Source: Roseovarius sp. (GTDB taxonomy: Bacteria; Pseudomonadota; Alphaproteobacteria; Rhodobacterales; Rhodobacteraceae). Taken from it: a DNA stretch of 64,000 bases. Location: the NCBI GenBank assembly GCA_034521935.1, contig JAXHLV010000006.1, positions 251,550-315,549 of the forward strand, in the 5' to 3' direction. The position numbers and the translations under genes are program-made. Under the pieces are notes generated by a model. It saw nothing but the letters and a program-made list of their open reading frames with translations, had not been told where the DNA came from and ran no database searches. Of this stretch, positions 10,461 through 20,340 are shown piece by piece. Every line of letters begins with the position of its first letter. Positions within the stretch are counted from its first letter, which is position 1.

Positions 10461-11712
10461 TTGATAACGTTGGAGTATGATGAACGGTTGGACGACAAGA
10501 ACAGCTCGACATCTGGCGCGACGGAGGCCACGGCCCCGTCGGCGCGCGCCCACAACGCCGGCGACGGCGGGGCCGTGGCCGGTGGGACGAAGCGCTTTTC
10601 GGCGAAACGCAAGCTGGCGTTGGTTCAGCGGCTTATGCGGGGTGAGAGCCTCGACGCGGTCTCTCGGGAGGAGAACGTGCCGGTGCACCGCCTGACGGAG
10701 TGGCGTGACAAGGTCCTGATGGGGGCGGAGAGCGCGCTCAAGGAGCGCGAGCGCGACGCACGTGATGAAGAGATCGCGCGGCTGCAGGCCAAGGTGGGCG
10801 AGATCACCATGGATAACGAGTTGCTGTACGAGAAGATCGGCAAGCTGGAGGGCGGCCGCCCTTTGGCCCGGCGGAGATCGAAGAAATGAGTCGGACGCAT
10901 TCGATCTCCACTCGCCGTCCCTTCGGGATGTCCCGCGTCTGCAGGATCTGGGGTGCGCCCCGGGCAACGGTCTACCGTCATCGTGGTTCGGCCGCCGGTG
11001 ACGGGGTCGCCAATGCGCCGCGCCCACCACGACGGCGTGGCCCAAGGGCGCCTGCAGTGATGCCGAGCTACTGCTCCACATCCAGGCCGTGATCGCCGCC
11101 TCCCTCTTTTCCGGCGAGGGCTATCGCAAGGTCTGGGCCCGGCTGCGGGCGCAGGGTGTGCGGACAGCCCCTCGCCGGGTGCGGCGTGTCATGAAGGCAC
11201 ATGATCTGCTCGCGCCGCAGCGCCCCGTCCAGCAGGATGCCCATCCGCACAATGGCACGATTGTCACCGACCGGATCGACGAGGTGTGGGGGACAGATAT
11301 GACCCAGACGGTCACCACTGGTGAGGGGCGCGCTTATGTGTTCATCGCCGTGGATCATTGCTCGGGCGAGTTCATCGGCACCCATGCCTCGTCGAGCGCA
11401 AGCCGGTGGGAGGCGCTGGAGCCGGTCCGGCAGGGCGTCACGCGGCACTTCGGCGGTGTGGGACCCGACGTAGCCAGGGGCCTGACCTTGCGCCATGACC
11501 ACGGCTCGAACTACATGGCCGACGACTTTCAGAACGAGATCAAGTGCTTCGGCATCCTCAGCTCGCCCGCCTTCGTCCGGCAGCCGGAGGGCAACGGCGT
11601 GGCCGAGCGTGCGATCCGTACCCTCAAGGAGCAGCTGCTCTGGGTGCAATACTTCGAGACCGTCGAGGAGCTGCGGCAGGCACTGGCCAGCTTTGCGGCC
11701 AAGTACAACATA
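10461..11712 (+). mobile_element. IS3-family-like transposase remnant (HTH orfA plus DDE integrase-core orfB), frameshifted and 3' truncated
   Basis: orfA RFSAKRKL..VQRL..GESL; orfB WGTDMT, VDHCS, RHDHGSNY, PEGNGVAERAIRTLKE. Similarity stops after AKYN; no terminal inverted repeats seen. Confidence 0.8.
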
Positions 11713-11736
11713 AACCATAAAGTGCATCATCTCACC

Positions 11737-11770
11737 GTAGGAGCGCCCACCCGCGGTCGGGCGCTGCGCG
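11737..11770. repeat. GTAG-headed REP-like hairpin
   Basis: gtaggagcgccc...gggcgct. Confidence 0.4.
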
Positions 11771-11863
11771 GCTCCCCGACCGTTGCGCGACTGTCCGCTC
11801 CAGGCCAATTCACGACGCCTGCCTCATGCCTCTCGCACACCATCGCTCCCCGCCTTTCAAACG

Positions 11864-12277
11864 CTACCGCAGCTTGGGCACGCCGCCCGGGTGCGTCTCA
11901 CGGTCCACCACCGCGGCGCGCATCGACCGCCCGATACGGTGCGCGAGCGCCGACCACGCGGCGGCCTGCTCGGGGCGCAGTTCGCGCGCCAGAACCGCGT
12001 CAAAAAGCGCGAGCCAGGTCGAGAACATCCCCGGCTGCACGTTGCCCGCGTTCACATGCGCGGCGATGGGGCTGCCCGAATAGCCGCGCTCGTGCAGGAT
12101 GGTGTTGGCCCAGAAATCCGCGACCTTCGCCTCGTGGGCGGGCCAGTCGGCGACATGCACGGCAAAGACCGGGCCAAGGCCGGGATGGGCGCGCACGGCC
12201 GCATAGAACGCCGCGACCACCCGCTCGATCTCGGGGCGGGTGACGGCAAAGCGCGGGGGCAGGGCGGTCTGGCTCAT
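11864..12277 (-). CDS. Group III truncated haemoglobin
   Basis: IERVVAAFYAAVRAHPGLGPVF, DWPAHEAKVADFW, YSGSP.AAH, F..WLALF. Confidence 0.85.
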   Translation of the reverse strand: MSQTALPPRFAVTRPEIERVVAAFYAAVRAHPGLGPVFAVHVADWPAHEAKVADFWANTILHERGYSGSPIAAHVNAGNVQPGMFSTWLALFDAVLARELRPEQAAAWSALAHRIGRSMRAAVVDRETHPGGVPKLR

Positions 12278-12325
12278 GCCGCATATGTGGCGCACCGGGG
12301 CGACCGGGGCAAGCCGTGTGCTCCC

Positions 12326-12391
12326 GTCACCCCCGGACTTGATCCGAGGGTCTCTGGCGACAAGCGATCCTCGGGTCAGGCCCGAGGACGA
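12326..12391. repeat. RPE-like palindromic element
   Basis: gtcacccccggacttgatccgagggtct...gatcctcgggtcaggcccgaggacga; related hairpins at 32695 and 48957. Confidence 0.7.
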
Positions 12392-12479
12392 GGTTGTCTT
12401 TCGAGAAAGCGGCCTCCCGCCCTCTGGACGCCGCGCCCTGAACCGGTCCTCGAACGCGTCCGCCTGTTGCACATCCCCG

Positions 12480-14137
12480 CGCGCACCTGCGCGGCACGCC
12501 GCGGTCAGATCGAGCGCGTCCTTATGCGCGGTGGTCTCGACATCGAGCATCCCGAGCACCGTGTGAAAGTAATGATCATGCGTCACGGGGGTGCCCGGCG
12601 CTGTGCGCATACAATCGTAATCGAGGGCTAAATCCTCGCGGAATCCCTTAGACATCCACACCACCATCGGCACCTTCGTCTGTTCGTCCGGCGCGATCCA
12701 GTAGGGGGTGGCATGAAGATAAAGCCCCCCCTCGCCAAGGGATTCACCGTGATCGGAGACATAGACAAGCGACGTATCGAGATCGCTGCGCGCGTCGAGA
12801 AGGTCGACGATCCGCGACAGTTGCAGATCGGTGAAGGCGACCGCGTTGTCATAGGCGTTGATCACGCTCTCGCGCGGGCACTCGGCGACCATCGGGTTGC
12901 GGCACTCGGGCAGAAAGCGCGCGAATTCGGGGGGGTAGCGTTCGAAATAGGCCGGGCCGTGGTTGCCGATCTGATGCAGCACGATCACGGTATCCTTGGT
13001 AATCTGCGGCAGGCTCTCGGCCAGGCGCTTGGAAAGTATGCCGTCGTTGCATTCGCCGCCTTTGCAATATTCGGGGTCAGCGGCGTGGTTGTAATTGGTG
13101 TAGCGGGCGCGATCAGCCACCCCCATGTCGCCGGTATTGGCGTCCCACCAGTCGATATCGTATCCAGCGTGCCCCAGCACATCGAGCAGGTTTTCGCGCG
13201 AGTGTGCCGCGCGATAGCTGAACTCCTCGCGCGTCAGGTTCGAGAACATGCATGGAATGGAAACGGATGTGGAGGTGCCGCAGGTTTCCACCCCGGCGAA
13301 ATTCACCACGTCGCGCTTGCGCAATTCCGGCGTGGTGTCGCGGGCATAGCCGCTCAGCCCCCAATCGGCATCGCGCAGGGTCTCGCCGACAACCAGCACC
13401 ATCAGTTTCGGTCTGTCCGACCGCTTGGCGGTCTTGCCGTTATGCGCGTCAAGGCCGACCGGCAGAAATTCCGCCGTGCGGGCCTCTTGGATCATCTCGA
13501 TATACTTGCCGACGCTTCGCACCGGGGCCATCGGGTGCAGGATATCCCGAAGCCCGCGCGACTCCTTGAGCGCGAAGCTGTAATATTGATAGTTGCTGAA
13601 CGCGATGACGACAAAAAGCCCGCCGGTCGCGGCCATCATCACCCCATGCCGCAGGCTCGACCGCAGGAACGGCCCATGCGTCACCCTCACCGCAAGGATC
13701 AGCAGCGCGGGCAGCGCCGCGAATGCCAGCATGTAGCCGATCAGGTCAGGCGTCAGCAGCGCCCCCGCCTCGTTCGCGGTGGTGCCCAGCGTGTTCTGGA
13801 TCATCACTTTATCCACGATGATCCCGAGGGTTTCGTGGAAATAGGCGGCCGCAGCGCCGATGAAGACATTCGCGATCAGAACCGGCTTGATCAGCCAGCG
13901 ATTGGCAAAGATCAGCAGGTAGAACACCGTCAACGCCCAGATCGCGATCACGAACCATGCGAAATAGAACGGATGGTCGTTCATCTGCCCGAAAGACCGC
14001 GTCCAGAAAGAAATGTTGAACGCCGCCAGCAGCCAGACGCTCGTGAGCACGACCAGCGAGATGCCCGACAGGCGCGGGCGTCTGGCAGTCAATCGTGACA
14101 GGGTTGTCCGCCAGAACGGTGTTGGCGCGTTTGGCAT
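12480..14137 (-). CDS. eptA: Lipid A phosphoethanolamine transferase (EptA/MCR family); no stop before the downstream globin, so the 3' end is approximate
   Basis: 5-TM N-terminus, VVGETLR, CGTSTSVSIPCMFS (catalytic Thr), HQIGNHGPAY, SDHGESLGE.GLYLH. Confidence 0.88.
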
Positions 14138-14493
14138 AATCGGCACCCTCGATTTCACTTTTTCATGTTACTTATTCATGACTGGTGAAAGTCTCTATTC
14201 CTGTCACGTCGTGGTCCGAAAGTCACAAAAGTGTCGCAGTTGGCACGGCAGGGGAAAAACATCGCCGCGTCGGCAAGAAAGCGCCCGGTTAATCCGTCTG
14301 ATGGAACCGCCCCCGTCCCTCTGGACGCCGGATCAAGCCATGCCTATAAGACGGGGCATGATCCATGCAGCAGCGATCATCATCCGAATTACATGCCCGG
14401 CGCTCTGACCCATCCGAGCCGCCGGGATCACAGGCGTATGATCCCTCGCGCCGCCCCTCATCCCAAGACCAGACCTGACAAAGGACGCAACGC

Positions 14494-17477
14494 ATGTGTG
14501 CGGACACACCCGATTACAAAGCCACGCTGAACCTGCCCGAAACCGATTTCCCGATGCGCGCCGGCCTGCCCGCGCGCGAACCTGCGTGGCTCGACCGCTG
14601 GGAAGAGATTGGCATCTACGACCGCCTGCGCGAGCGGGCAGCCCTCGCCCGGACGGCGCAGGAGCAGCCGTTCACCCTGCACGACGGCCCGCCCTATGCC
14701 AACGGCCACCTGCATATCGGCCACGCGCTGAACAAGATCCTCAAGGACATGGTGGTGCGCTCGCAGCAGATGATGGGCCGCGACGCGCGCTATATCCCCG
14801 GCTGGGATTGCCACGGCCTGCCCATCGAGTGGAAGATCGAGGAGCAGTACCGCGCCAAAGGCCTCGACAAGGACAAGGTCGATACCGTCGAATTCCGCCG
14901 CGAATGCCGCGAATTCGCCGAAGGCTGGATCGACATCCAGCGCGACGAGTTCAAGCGGCTGGGCATCACCGGCAACTGGGACAAGCCCCTATCTGACGAT
15001 GGATTACCGCGCCGAGCGGATCATCGCGGAGGAGTTCCAGAAATTCCTGATGACCGGCACGCTCTATCAGGGCTCCAAGCCGGTGATGTGGTCGCCCATC
15101 GAGAAAACCGCCCTCGCCGAGGCGGAGGTGGAGTATCACGACAAGGAGAGCTTTACGGTCTGGGTGAAGTTTAACGTCGGCAAGCTGCGTCACGGCTGAT
15201 CGCTGGACGAGGACTGGAGCACTCGGAAGCGATCTTGGCGCGCATGTCGTCATCTGGACCACCACCCCCTGGACCATCCCCTCCAACAAGGCCGTGGTCT
15301 ACGGCGAGGACATCGCCTACGGCCTCTACGAGGTGACGGCGACGCCCGAGGAATGCTGGGCCAATGTGGGCGAGCGGTTCATCCTCGCCGACAACCGCGC
15401 CGAGGATGCGCTGACGCGCGCGCGGCTGGAGCCGGGCATGTGGCGACGCGTCCGCGACGTGACCGCCGACGAGCTGGCGGGGCTGACCCTCCTGCATCCC
15501 CTCGCCCATGCCGAAGGCTCAAACGGCGAATGGGACTCCCCCCGCGATTTCCGCGCTGCCGATTTCGTCACCGACGAGGAGGGCACCGGTTTCGTCCATT
15601 GCGCGCCCTCCCACGGGATGGAGGAATACGAGCTTTACCGCGATCTCGGGATGCTCGATCAGGTGATCACCTACAACGTGATGGATGACGGCTCCTTCCG
15701 CCCCGATCTGCCGTTCTTCGGCGGCACCCATATCCTTGATCGCAAGGGCCGCGAGGGCGACGCCAACAAGACCCTCATCGACAAGCTGGTGGAGGTGGGC
15801 GGGCTGCTCGCGCGCGGCAAGATCAAGCACAGCTATCCGCATAGCTGGCGCTCCAAGGCCCCGGTGATCTACCGCAACACCCCGCAATGGTTCGCCGCGA
15901 TTGACCGCCCCGTGGGCGACGGGCAGGACGAGTATGGCACCACCATCCGCGAGCGCGCGCTCAACTCCATCGACCAACTGGTCACATGGACGCCCAGGAC
16001 GGGCCGCAACCGGCTCTATTCCATGATCGAGAACCGCCCCGACTGGGTGCTCTCGCGCCAACGCGCCTGGGGCGTGCCGCTCACCTGTTTCACCAAGCGC
16101 GGCGCGCAACCCACCGACCCGGACTACCTCTTGCGCAACGAAGAGGTCAACGCCCGCATCCTCGACGCGTTCGAGGCCGAGGGCGCGGATGCGTGGTACA
16201 AGGACGGCGCCAAGGAGCGGTTCCTCGACGGCATCGTCTCCCCCGACGACTGGGACAAGGTCGATGACATTCTCGACGTGTGGTTCGACAGCGGCTCCAC
16301 CCACGCCTTCGTGCTGCGCGACCGCGCGGATGGCTCCGACGATGGCCTCGCCGATCTCTACCTCGAAGGCACCGATCAGCATCGCGGCTGGTTCCATTCC
16401 TCGATGCTGCAAGCCTGCGGCACCATCGGCCACGCGCCCTATCGCGGGGTGCTGACCCACGGGTTCACCCTCGACGAGAAGGGCAACAAGATGTCCAAAT
16501 CGCTGGGCAACACCATCGCCCCCGAGGACGTGACCAGGCAATACGGCGCCGATATCCTGCGGCTCTGGGTGGCGCAGGCGGATTATACCGCCGATCTGCG
16601 GATCGGGCCGGAAATCCTCAAGGGCGTGGCCGACAGCTATCGCCGCCTGCGCAACACCATGCGCTTCATGCTCGGCGCGCTGGGGCATTTCTCCGAAGGC
16701 GACCGGGTGGAGCCGTCGGAGATGCCCGAACTGGAGCGCTGGGTGCTGCACCGCCTTGCGGAACTCGATCACACCGTGCGCACGGGCTACGCGGCTTACG
16801 ATTTCCAGGGCGTGTTCCAGCAGATCTTCAACTTCTGCACGCTCGATCTGAGCGCGTTTTACTTCGACATCCGCAAGGACGCGCTCTACTGCGACGGCGA
16901 CACCGCGCGCAGGCGGGCGGCGCGCACGGTGATGGATATCCTCTTTCACCGGCTGACCACCTGGCTCGCGCCGGTGCTGGTCTTCACGATGGAGGATGTG
17001 TGGCTGTCGCGTTTCCCCGGCGACGAGGGCAGCGTGCACCTGCACGACATGCCCGCCACCCCCGCCGACTGGCTCGACGAGCCGCTGGCGGCGAAATGGG
17101 CCGAGGTGCGGCGCGCGCGCCGGGTGGTGACCGCCGCGCTCGAGCTGCAGCGCGCCGAAAAGGTGATCGGTGCCAGCCTCGAGGCGGCCCCCGTGGTGCA
17201 TGTGCGCGACGAAGCCACGCTCGCGGCGCTCAAATCGGTGGCGTTCGCCGATATCTGCATCACCTCCGACATCGTGCTCACCGGCGATCCGCGCCCGGCC
17301 GAGGCGTTCCGGATGCCCGAGGTGGATGACGTGGGCGTGGTGTTCGAGCGCGCGGACGGCACGAAATGCCAGCGCTGCTGGAAGATCCTGCCCGATGTGG
17401 GCCGCCACGCGCATCCCGGCACCTGCAAGCGGTGCTCTGAGGCGCTGGAGGAGCGCGAAGGGCGGGCGGTGAGCTGA
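14494..17477 (+). CDS. ileS: Isoleucine--tRNA ligase (apparent frameshifts near 14990 and 15190)
   Basis: [37 protein letters not shown]-terminal CQRC..C..C zinc site, spread across three frames. Confidence 0.95.
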
Positions 17478-17489
17478 TCCGACGCGGAT

Positions 17490-17550
17490 GGCCTGAAGGG
17501 GACGGGCGCTCGCGCGGCGGGGGGCGAGCTTCGACCGTCCCCTTCAGGCC
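17490..17550. terminator. Long hairpin between convergent ileS and aldo/keto reductase genes
   Basis: ggcctgaaggggacgg...ccgtccccttcaggcc 16-bp inverted repeat. Confidence 0.55.
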
Positions 17551-17619
17551 AGAACCGGCCCCGCCGTTGAGTGAAGAACGGGTAGGGTGCGCATTCATTG
17601 CGCACCAACGCGCCCCATC

Positions 17620-18663
17620 TCAGAACGGCATCGGATGCGCCCGGTGCGCCGCGTCGAGATCGTCGAGCACCTCTTCCGACAACACCAAATCCGCCGCGCC
17701 CAGCGCGCGGTCGAGCTGCGCCATGCTCGTCGCCCCGAAGATCGCCGAGCACAGGAACGGCCGCGTCAGGCACCACGCCAGCGCCATCTGCACCGGGTCG
17801 AGCCCGTGCCGTCGCGCCACGTCGAGATAGGCATCGACGGCGGCAAAGGCGCGCGGCCCGCGCCGCCCGCCCAGATCGGTGTTGATGGTCATGCGCGACC
17901 CCTCGGGCAAGGCCCCATCCTGATACTTGCCGGTCAACAGCCCGGCGGCCAGCGGCGAAAATGCCAGCAGGCCCACATCCTCGTTGACGCTCACCTCCGC
18001 GAGGTCCGTGTCAAATAAACGGCACATCAGCGAATACTCGTTCTGGATCGAGGCCGCGCGCGGGCCATGCCCGGCCTCGGCCAGCCGCAGCCACTCTGCG
18101 CATCCCCACGCGCTCTCGTTCGACAGGCCGAAGGCGCGGATGCGGCCCCGCTCCACCTCGCGTTGCAGCGCCCCCAGCGCCTCTTGCATATGCGCCAGCG
18201 TCTCTGCGCGGTCCTGCCCCGACGGGTCAAAGCTCCAGTTCTGCCGGAACATGTAGCTGCCCCGGTTGGGCCAGTGAAACTGGTAGAGGTCGATATGATC
18301 GGTCCTGAGCCGCCGCAATGAGCCCTCCACCGCCTGCGGGATGGTCGCGGCGGAAATCGGCGCGCCACCCCGCGCGTGTTTGAACCCCGCGCCGGAATGC
18401 TTGGTCGCCAGCACCACCTCGCCCCGCCGCCCGGTCCGGGCGAACCACTCCCCGATGATCTCCTCGGTGCGCCCCGTCGTCTCGGCCCGGATCGGCGCGA
18501 CCGGATACATCTCGGCGGTGTCGATGAAATTGACGCCCCGCTCCAGCGCGCGGTCGATCTGCGCGTGGCCCTCATGGGGGCTGTTCTGCGCGCCCCATGT
18601 CATCGAGCCGAGGCACAGCGCGCTCACCCCGATCCCCGTCCGCCCCAATAGTCGTGTCTGCAT
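17620..18663 (-). CDS. Aldo/keto reductase (Tas-like)
   Basis: CLGSMTWG, DTAEMYP, DLYQFHWP, GLSNES.WG, SIQNEYSL. Confidence 0.9.
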   Translation of the reverse strand: MQTRLLGRTGIGVSALCLGSMTWGAQNSPHEGHAQIDRALERGVNFIDTAEMYPVAPIRAETTGRTEEIIGEWFARTGRRGEVVLATKHSGAGFKHARGGAPISAATIPQAVEGSLRRLRTDHIDLYQFHWPNRGSYMFRQNWSFDPSGQDRAETLAHMQEALGALQREVERGRIRAFGLSNESAWGCAEWLRLAEAGHGPRAASIQNEYSLMCRLFDTDLAEVSVNEDVGLLAFSPLAAGLLTGKYQDGALPEGSRMTINTDLGGRRGPRAFAAVDAYLDVARRHGLDPVQMALAWCLTRPFLCSAIFGATSMAQLDRALGAADLVLSEEVLDDLDAAHRAHPMPF

Positions 18664-18731
18664 CTGCCGCCCCCTCGTTCGCTTGCGCGCAAGTTATTGG
18701 GAAAACGGCATAATCGCAAGCGGTGCGCACC

Positions 18732-20291
18732 TCAAAGCTTGAGCGGCACCTTGCCCACCCGCGCCTCGGGCGCGGCCCCCAGCTTGCCCGCCAGCGCCTT
18801 GAACCGCGCCTGCGCCACCTCGCCGAAAAGCGGTGCCGCGTCCGGATCAAGATCGAGCGCCAGCACCTTGCGCCGCGGATGCCAGCGCAGCCGCGCCACC
18901 TCTTCCTCGCCGGTGAGCCACAGCATCGCCGCCAGCCGCAGCGCGCGGCCCAGGATTTCCGCCTCGTCGCGGTCGCGCTCGGATATCAGCCCCTCCAGCG
19001 TGTCGAACCGCGTGCCCGCGCGGCTGTTGGAATAGCGGTGCAACAGCGCCAGCCCCAGAAACACCCGCTCGGAATGCTTCAGCCCGCCAAGATTGGCGCG
19101 CGTGGCGTTGTCGAAACAATCCTCGGCGCGGTAATCGGGATGCGCGCGCCAGCTCACGTCGTGCAGCAGGCAGGCGGCCTTCACCAGCCGCAGCCGCTCG
19201 GGCCGCGCGGAGTTGTAAAGCGGCGCGATGAAGCGATAGATGATGCGGCCAAACCCGGGCAGCCGCGCATCCTTGGCTTCGGCAAAGCGGCACGCCTCGA
19301 TCAGCGGATCGCGCATCCGCAACGCCTCGGGCATCTGTTCATACAGCAGCCCCTCGCGGATCCCATAGCTCGACACCGCGATGTCACGCGGGTGAAAGCA
19401 GCGCACCACCTCGCGCAGCACCTCCGCCGCATAAGGCACCAGCGCCACCCGCGACGCCGACACGCCCGATTGCGCGCGCAGGGCGTTGGCGTCGTGCCTG
19501 GCGATATGCTTGATGGTGGCGCGCAGGTCGGTCGCGCTCATGCGGTATTCGTGCAGCACGTGCAGCGGATAGCCGCGCCGCGCCATGTCGATCTTGGCGA
19601 TGGCGCGCCACGATCCGCCGACCAGAAACAGCCGGTTCTTCTGCTCGCCCATTTGTGCGTGCAGCCCCTCCACCGTCGCGCGGATCACCGCCTTGCGCGC
19701 CTTCTTGCCGCCCTTCAGGTCGCGCAGCTTGAGCGGGCCGAGATCGGAGCTGACGCAGCGCCCGACCCGCCCGCCGTCGATCTCGGCCAGCTCCATCGAC
19801 GAGCCGCCCATGTCGCAGACGAGGCCATACGCCCCCGGCCAGCCCAGCAGCACCCCCTGCGCCGAGAGCCGCGCCTCCTCGGTCCCGTCGATCACGTAAA
19901 GCCGGATGCCCGTCTCGCGCTCCACCTGCGCCACGAATTCGGGGCCGTCCGCCGCCTCGCGCACCGCCGCCGTCGCCACGGCGTTGAGCGGGCCGGTGCC
20001 CAGCCCCCGCGCCACATGCGCGAACCGCCGCAGCGCGTCGAGCGCGCGCGCCCGCCCCTCGGGGTTGAGCCGCCCGGTCTCGGCCATGCCCGCGCCGAGG
20101 CCGCACATCACCTTCTCGTTGAAGAAATAGGCCGGGCTGCGCGCCGCGCCGTCGAACACCACCAGCCGCACCGAGTTGGAGCCCACGTCGACCACGCCCA
20201 CGCGGGAGAGCGCGCGCGCCTCCGGGCTGTCAAAGACAGGCCGCCCGAACGGGCCCTCTCGATGCTCTGCGGGGTCGTTCACGCCGTCCAT
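18732..20291 (-). CDS. ppx: Exopolyphosphatase Ppx/GppA
   Basis: DVGSNSVRLV, ATAAVREA, DMGGSSMEL, GIREG, LLHD. Confidence 0.9.
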   Translation of the reverse strand: MDGVNDPAEHREGPFGRPVFDSPEARALSRVGVVDVGSNSVRLVVFDGAARSPAYFFNEKVMCGLGAGMAETGRLNPEGRARALDALRRFAHVARGLGTGPLNAVATAAVREAADGPEFVAQVERETGIRLYVIDGTEEARLSAQGVLLGWPGAYGLVCDMGGSSMELAEIDGGRVGRCVSSDLGPLKLRDLKGGKKARKAVIRATVEGLHAQMGEQKNRLFLVGGSWRAIAKIDMARRGYPLHVLHEYRMSATDLRATIKHIARHDANALRAQSGVSASRVALVPYAAEVLREVVRCFHPRDIAVSSYGIREGLLYEQMPEALRMRDPLIEACRFAEAKDARLPGFGRIIYRFIAPLYNSARPERLRLVKAACLLHDVSWRAHPDYRAEDCFDNATRANLGGLKHSERVFLGLALLHRYSNSRAGTRFDTLEGLISERDRDEAEILGRALRLAAMLWLTGEEEVARLRWHPRRKVLALDLDPDAAPLFGEVAQARFKALAGKLGAAPEARVGKVPLKL

Positions 20292-20340
20292 CGCCTGCCT
20301 TGCCGGTCGCTACCGTGTCTAGGCCGCGCGTGCGCGCGGG

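Noticed and set aside
14980-15240. Programmed frameshifting or an intron in ileS
   Set aside because: No slippery site or intron structure is visible, and similar breaks in many unrelated genes point to sequencing error.
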